Assembly (NCBI RefSeq): GCF_009914755.1
Contig: NC_060948.1
Reading direction: 5' to 3' (one strand)
Source of the DNA: the human T2T-CHM13v2.0 reference genome, Homo sapiens
DNA length: 64,000 nt
The position numbers and the translations under genes were made by a program. Position 1 is the first letter of the stretch. Each line of letters begins with the position of its first letter. This document shows, in pieces, positions 56,676 through 64,000 of the stretch. Under the pieces are notes generated by a model. The model worked only from the letters and a program-made list of their open reading frames with translations. It was not told where the DNA came from and did no database searches.

Positions 56676-59600
56676 GGAATGTAGTGTAATGGACAGGCCT
56701 GGAATAAAGTGGAATGCTACGGTCTCGAATGGAATAAAAATGTATGGAATGGAATGCAATGAAACGGAATCGAATGTCATAGAATGTAATGGAATGCAAA
56801 AAAATGGACTCCAAAATCATTGACTGGAAAGGCTGGGTGTCGAAAGGAATTGACTCCAATGGAATGGAATCGAATGGAATGGAAGTGAATAGAATGGAAC
56901 TAAATCGAATGGAATGGAATTGATAGGAACGGAATGGAAAGGAATGCAATGATTTGGCATGGAATGGAATCGAATGGCATCGAATGGAATGGAATGGAAT
57001 GCAATGGAATGGAATGTATTAGAATGTAATGAACTTTAATGGAATGTACTCGAATGGATTCGACTGGAATGGAATGTTCTTGAAGTGAATGGACTCCAAT
57101 TGAATGGATTCGAAAGGAATGGAATCTAATGGAATGGAATTAAATGGAAATGAATCAAATTGAATAGAACGGAATTGAATTGAATGGAATCGAATGCAAT
57201 GGAATCTAATGAAACGGAAAGGAAAGGAATGGAATGGATTGGAATGGAATGGGCTGGAATGGAATGGAATCGAAACGAATGGAATGGAATCGAACTGAAG
57301 AGACTGGAATGGAATGCACTGGAATGGAAGGGAATGTAATGGAAGGTTCTCGAAAAAAATGGAATCGAAAGGAATGGAATTGAATGGAACGGAATAGAGT
57401 CGAATGGAATTCAATGGAATGGAATGGACTAGAGTGAAATGGAATCGAACCACAAGGAATGGACAGGAATAGAATGGTCTCGAATTGAATGGAATCGTAT
57501 GGAATGGCATCAAACGGAATGGAATGGACAGCCACGGAATGGAATGCACTCGAATGCAATGGAGTCGACACTAATGGACTGGAATAGAATGGACTCGACT
57601 GGTACGGACTCCAATGGAATGGAATCGAATGGAAGGGAATCGAACGGAATGGACTCGAAGGGAAAAGACTGCAATGGAAAGGTCTCGAATGGAATGGAAA
57701 TTAATGGAATGGAATGGAATCGAATGAAATGGAGTCAAAAGGAATGGAATCGAATGGCAAGAAATCGAATGTAATGGAATCGCAAGGAATTGATGTGAAC
57801 GGAACGGAATGGAATGGAATCGAAAGGGATGGAATGGAATCGAATGGAAAGGACTCGAATGGAAATCACTCGAATAGAATGCAATTTAATAAAATAGGAT
57901 CAAATGTAATGGAATGGAATGGAAAGGAATCGAAACGAAAGGAATGGAGACAGATGGAATGGAATGGAACAGAGAGCAATGGTATAGAATGGAATGGAAT
58001 CATCTGGAATGGAATTGAATGGAATGGAATAATATGAAATGGAATGGAATGGAATGGAATGCCCTTGAATTAAATGGACTGGAATGGAATGGACTCAAAC
58101 AGAGTGGAATGGAAAGTGTTGAAATAGAATGGAATGGACTCGTTTGGAATGGTCTAGTATGCAATGCAATCGACTGGCAGGGAATCAAGAGGAATGTAAT
58201 CGAATGGATTGGACTGGAATGCAATGGACTCGAATAGATTGGAAACGGAATGCAAAGGAATGGAATGGAATAGTATGGAATGGAATGGAAAGGAATGGAG
58301 TGGAATAGACTAGAGTGGAATGGAATGGACTCGAAAGCAATGGACTGGAATGGAACTTTCTTGAATGGACTGGAATCAAACGGAATGGAATGCAATGCAA
58401 TCAAATGGCATGGAATAAAATAGAATGAAAGAGAATCAAATGGAATTGAATCGAATGGAATCGAATGGATTGGAAAGGAATAGAATGGAATGGAATGGAA
58501 TTGACTCAAATGCAATGGACTAGAATGGAATGGATTCGAATGGAAGGCAAAGGAATGGAATCTATTGGAATGGACTGTAATGGAATGGAATGGAAGGGAT
58601 TGGAATGGACTCGAATGGAATGGACTGCAATAGAAAGGATTCGAATGGAATGAAAAAGAATTGAATGGAATAGAACAGAATGGAATCAAATCGAATGAAA
58701 TGGAATGGAAGAGAAAGGAATGGAATGAAATGGAATGGAAAGGATTCGAATGGAATGCAATCGAATGGAATGCAATCGAATGGAATGGAATCGAACGGAA
58801 TGGAATAAAATGGAAGAAAACTGGCAAGAAATGGAATCGAAATGAATGGAGTGTTATGGAACGGACTCAAAAGGAATTGAATGTAATAGAATGGAGTGGA
58901 GTGGACTCGAATATAATGGACTGGAATGGAATGAAATCACATGGAATGGGAACGAATGGAATGGAATGGAAAGGAATGGAATGGAAAGGAATGGAATCGA
59001 ATGGAAAGGAATCGAATGGAAGGGAATGAAATTGAATCAACAGGAATGGAAGGAAGTAGAATAGACGGTAATGGAATGGACTCGAATAGAATGGACACGA
59101 ATGCTCAAATTGAATGGACTCGAATGGAATGGAAACGAAAGGAATGTCGTCGAATGGAATTGAATCGATTGGAATGAAATCGCATAGAATGGAGTGGAAT
59201 CAAATGGAATTGAATCGAAAGGAAAGGAAGCGAATGGTCTGAAATGAAATGGAATGGAATTGAATGGAAAGTAATGCAAGGGAATAGAATGGAACGAAAT
59301 TTCACGGAATGGAATCAAACTGAATGGAATCAAATCAATGGAATATAATCAAATGGCATGGAAAGGAATTGAATGGAGTAGATTGGATTGGATGGGATTG
59401 GAATGAAATGTACTGGAAAGGACTCGAATTTCATGAAATGGAATGGAATGAACTGGAACGGAATGGACTCGAATGGAATGGAATGTCATGGAATGGCATC
59501 AAATGGAATGGCATCAAATGGAATGGAATCGAATGCAATGGAATGTTATGGAATGGAATGGAATGCATTGGAATGGAATGTCCCCTAATGGAATGGATTC

Positions 59601-60218
59601 GAGTGGAATGGAATCGAATATAATGGAGTCGAATGAAATGGAATTGAAAGGAAAGGGATCGAATACAATGGAATATACTGGAATGTAATGTAATGAACTC
59701 GAATGTAATTGACTAGAATGGAATGTACATGAATGGAATGTAATCGAATGGAAAATAATCTCATGGAATAGAATCTAATGCAATAAAATCGACTCAAATA
59801 GAATAGAATGGAATGGAATGGAGTGCAGTGCAATGGAATGGAATGGAATGGAATGCAATGGAATGGAATGGAATGGGATGGAATGGTATGGGATGGATAG
59901 AAATGGACTGGAGTGAAATGGACTGGAAAGTAATGGACTCAAATTGAAAGAGCTCGAAAGAATGGAGTCAAATGGAATGGTCTGGAATGGAATGAACACG
60001 AATGTAATGCAATCCAATAGAATGGAATCGAATGGCATGGAATATAAAGAAATGGAATCGAAGAGAATGGAAACGAATGGAATGGAATTGAATGGAATGG
60101 AATTGAATGGAATGGGAACGAATGGAGTGAAATTGTATGCAGTAGAAGAGAATAGAATGGAATGCAAGCGAAATTAAAGGAATGGATTGGAATGGAATGG
60201 AATTCATTGGAATGGAAG
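56676..60218 (+). repeat. Unit 17 (3543 bp), A-to-B chimera with diverged 3' part
   Basis: First ~1.2 kb like unit 16; B markers from ~59180; many private substitutions; 1 bp deletion ~59960. Confidence 0.8.
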
Positions 60219-63200
60219 GGAATGTATTGCAATGGACAGGCCTTTAATAAAGTGGAATGCTACGGTCTCGAATGGAATAAAAATGTATGGAATGGAATTC
60301 AATGAAACGGAATCGAATGTCATAGAATGTAATGGAATGCAAAAAAATGGAATCCAAAATCATTGACTGGAAAGGCTGGGTGTCGAAAGGAATTGACTCC
60401 AATGGAATGAAATCGAATGGAATGGAAGTGAATAGAATCGAAGTAAATCGAATGGAATGGAATTGTTAGGAACGGAATGGAAAGGAGTGCAATGATTTGG
60501 CATGGAATGGAATCGAATGGCATTGAATGAAGTGGAATGGAATGCAATGGAATGGAATGTATTAGAATGTAATGAACATTAATGGAATGTACTCGAATGG
60601 ATTCGACTGGAATGGAATGTTCTGGAAGTGAATGGACTCCAATGGAATGGATTCGAAAGGAATGGAAACTAATGGAATGGAATTAAATGGAAACGAATCA
60701 AATTGAATAGCACGGAATTGAATTGAATGGAATCGAATGCAATGGAATCTAATGAAATGGAAAGGAAAGGAATGGAATGGAATGGAATGGGCTGGAGTTG
60801 AATGGAATCGATACGAATGGAATGGAATAGAACTGAAGAGACTGGAATGGAATTCACTGGAATGGAAGGGAGTGTAATGGAAGGATCTCGAAAAAAATGG
60901 AATCGAATGGAATGGAATTGAATGGAACGGAATAGAGTCGAATGGAATTCAATGGAATTGAATGGACTAGAGTGAAATGGAATCGAACCACAAGGAATGG
61001 AGAGGAATAGAATGGTCTCGAATTGAATGGAATTGTATGGAATGACATCAAACGGAATGGAATGGACAGCCACGGAATGGAATGCACTCGAATGCAATGG
61101 AGTCGAAACTAATGGACTGGAATAGAATGGACTCGACTGGTACGGACTCCAATGGAATGGAATCGAAAGGAAGGCAATCGAACGGAATGGACTCGAAGGG
61201 AAAAGACTGCAATGGAAAGGTCTCGAATGGAATGGAAATTAATGGAATGGAATGGAATCGAATGAAATGGAGTCAAAAGGAATGGAATCGAATGGCAAGA
61301 AATCGAATGTAATGGAATCACAAGGAATTGATGTGAACGGAACGGAATGGAATGGAATCCAAAGGAATGGAATAGAATGGAATGGAATCGAATGGAAAGG
61401 ACTCGAATGGAAATCACTCGAATAGAATGCAATTTAATAAAATAGGATCAAATGTAATGGAATGGAATGGAAAGGAATCGAAACGAAAGGAATGGAGACA
61501 GATGGAATGGAATGGAACAGAGAGCAATGGTATAGAATGGAATGGAATCATCTGGAATGGAATTGAATGGAATGGAATAACATGAAATGGAATGGAATGG
61601 AATGGAATGCCCTTGAATTAAATGGACTGGAATGGAATGGACTCGAACAGAGTGTAATGGAAAGTGTTGAAATAGAATGGAATGGACTCCTTTGGAATGG
61701 TCTAGTATGCAATGCAATCGACTGGCAGGGAATCAAAAGGAATGTAATCGAATGGATTGGACTGGAATGCAATGGACTCGAATAGATTGGAAACGGAATG
61801 CAAAGGAATGGAATGGAATAGTATGGAATGGAATGGAAAGGAATGGAGTTTAATAGACTAGAGTGGAATGGAATGGACTGGAAAGCAATGGACTGGAATG
61901 GAACTTTCTTGAATGGACTGGAATCAAACGGAATGGAATGCAATGCAATCAAATGGCATGGAATAAAATGGAATGAAAGGGAATCAAATGGAATTGAATC
62001 GAATGGAATCGAATGGATTGGAAAGGAATAGAATGGAATGGAATGGAATTGACTCAAATGGAATGGACTAGAATGGAATGGATTGGAATGGAAGGCAAAG
62101 GAATGGAATCTATTGGAATGGACTGTAATGGAATGGAATGGAAGGGATTGGAATGGACTCGAATGGAATGGACTGCAATAGAAAGGATTCGAATGGAATG
62201 AAAAAGAATTGAATGGAATAGAACAGAATGGAATCAAATCGAATGAAATGGAATGGAATAGAAAGGAATGGAATGAAATGGAATGGAAAGGATTCGAATG
62301 GAATGCAATCGAATGGAATGGAATCGAACGGAATGGAATAAAATGGAAGAAAACTGGCAAGAAATGGAATCGAAATGAATGGAGTGTTATGGAACGGACT
62401 CAAAAGGAATTGAATGTAATAGAATGGAGTGGAGTGGACTCGAATATAATGGACTGGAATGGAATGAAATCACATGGAATGGGAACGAATGGAATGGAAT
62501 GGAAAGGAATGGAATCGAATGGAAAGGAATCGAATGGAAGGGAATGAAATTGAATCAACAGGAATGGAAGGGAATAGAATAGACGGTAATGGAATGGACT
62601 CGAATAGAATGGACACGAATGCTCAAATTGAATGGACTCGAATGGAATGGAAACGAAAGGAATGTCATCGAATGGAATTGAATCGATTGGAATGAAATCG
62701 CATAGAATGGAGTGGAATCAAATGGAATTGAATCGAAAGGAAAGGAAGCGAATGGACTGAAATGAAATGGAATGGAATTGAATGGAAAGTAATGCAATGG
62801 AATAGAATGGAACGAAATTTCACGGAATGGAATCAAATCAATGGAATCAAATCAAATGGAATGGAAAGGAATAGAATGGAGTAGATTGGATTGGATGGGA
62901 TTGGAATGAAATGTACTGGAAAGGACTCGAATTTCATGAAACGGAATGGAATGAATTGGAACGGAATGGACTCGAATGGAATGGAATGTCATGGAATGGC
63001 ATCAAATGGAATGGCATCAAATGGAATGGAATCGAATGCAATGGAATGCTATGGAATGGAATGGAATGCATTGGAATGGAATGTCCTCTAATGGAATGGA
63101 TTCGAGTGGAATGGAATCGAATATAATGGAGTCGAATGAAATGGAATTGAAAGGAATGGGATCGAATACAATGGAATATACTGGAATGTAATGTAATGAA

Positions 63201-63742
63201 CTCGAATGTAATTGACTGGAATGGAATGTACATGAATGGAATGTAATCGAATGGAAAGTAATCCAATGGAATAGAATCTAATGCAATAAAATCGACTCAG
63301 ATAGAGTAGAATGTAATGGAATGGAGTGCAGTGCAATGGAATGGAATGGAATGGAATGCAATGGAATGGAATGGAATGGAATGGAATGGGATGGAATGGG
63401 ATGGAATGGTATGGAATGGATAGTAATGGACTGGAGTGAAATGGACTGGAAAGGAATGGACTCAAATTGAAAGGGCTCGAAAGGAATGGAGTCAAATGGA
63501 ATGGTCTGGAATGGAATGAACACGAATGTAATGCAATCCAATAGAATGGAATCGAATGGCATGGAATATAAAGAAATGGAATCGAAGAGAATGGAAACAA
63601 ATGGAATGGAATTGAATGGAATGGAATTGAATGGAATGGGAACGAATGGAGTGAAATTGTATGCAGTAGAAGGGAATAGAATGGAATGCAAGCGAAAGGA
63701 AAGGAATGGATTGGAATGGAATGGAATTCATTGGAATGGAAG
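60219..63742 (+). repeat. Unit 18 (3524 bp), B-like with diverged 5' part
   Basis: Variant landmark GTATTGCAATGGACAGGCCTTTAATAAAG; 15 bp deletion ~62835. Confidence 0.8.
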
Positions 63743-64000
63743 GGAATGTAGTGTAATGGACAGGCCTGGAATAAAGTGGAATGCTACGGTCTCGAATGGA
63801 ATAAAAATGTATGGAATGGAATGCAATGAAACGGAATCGAATGTCATAGAATGTAATGGAATGCAAAAAAATGGAATCCAAAATCATTGACTGGAAAGGC
63901 TGGGTGTCGAAAGGAATTGACTCCAATGGAATGGAATCAAATGGAATGGAAGTGAATAGAATCGAACTAAATCGAATGGAATGGAATTGATAGGAACGGA
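63743..64000 (+). repeat. Unit 19, partial (truncated by window end)
   Basis: Landmark at 63743 followed by the usual unit start. Confidence 0.85.

Larger units (their letters stand above)
1..64000 (+). repeat. DYZ1: Human satellite III (HSat3) array, DYZ1-type (Yq12 heterochromatin); diverged (GGAAT)n with ~3.54 kb unit
   Basis: The entire window is GGAAT and variants (CGAAT, GGACT, TGAAT, GCAAT). The landmark GGAATGTAGTGTAATGGACAGGCCT recurs at 1, 3540, 7079, 10618, 14172, 17721, 21270, 24819, 28364, 31918, 35452, 39006, 42535, 46089, 49614, 53167, 56676, 60219 (variant) and 63743. One GGCC seen per unit. Size and sites match the known ~3.5 kb HaeIII/EcoRI DYZ1 repeat. Confidence 0.95.

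Noticed and set aside
344-63926. Several hundred ORFs of 61-313 aa on both strands
   Set aside because: Pure (GGAAT)n has no stop codon on either strand and reads (MEWNG)n or (IPFHS)n. The ORFs overlap in several frames, repeat with each unit, change with 5, 10 and 20 bp indels, and show no domain-like content.
1-64000. CRISPR-like or prokaryotic repeat system
   Set aside because: There are no unique spacers between constant repeats and no cas-like or other genes; this is primate satellite DNA.
1-64000. DYZ2/HSat1B block, Alu/L1 insertion or inversion
   Set aside because: No AT-rich or Alu segment, poly-A tail, target-site duplication or switch to CATTC orientation was seen, and unit lengths leave no room for an insertion.
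1-64000. HSat2, or chr9 HSat3, identity
   Set aside because: The HSat2 motif CATTCGATTCCATTCGATGAT is not dominant, and the 3.54 kb period with DYZ1 primer sites favours Yq12; chromosomal origin still cannot be proven without mapping.

Overview
The whole 64 kb window is one uninterrupted, single-orientation array of human satellite III (HSat3) built from diverged GGAAT pentamers. It is organised as ~3.54 kb head-to-tail units (18 complete units of 3509-3554 bp plus a 258 bp partial) and is very probably DYZ1 from Yq12 heterochromatin. Support: one HaeIII/StuI site per unit, the unit size, and exact matches to what I recall as the classic DYZ1 sexing primers, which define a 154 bp amplicon. 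There are no credible genes; all ORFs are (MEWNG)n/(IPFHS)n translations of the stop-free pentamer. I saw no mobile elements, DYZ2/Alu blocks or inversions. The informative structure is inside the array: two unit subtypes (A/B) in blocks with chimeric junctions, a ~7.09 kb dimeric higher-order duplication, locally diverged tracts next to block junctions, indels quantised mostly at 15 bp, four fixed register shifts per unit, and three perfect heat-shock elements per unit made by rare in-register nTTCn pentamers. I find no evidence for a new protein-coding system. All comparisons were made by eye and need alignment to confirm.
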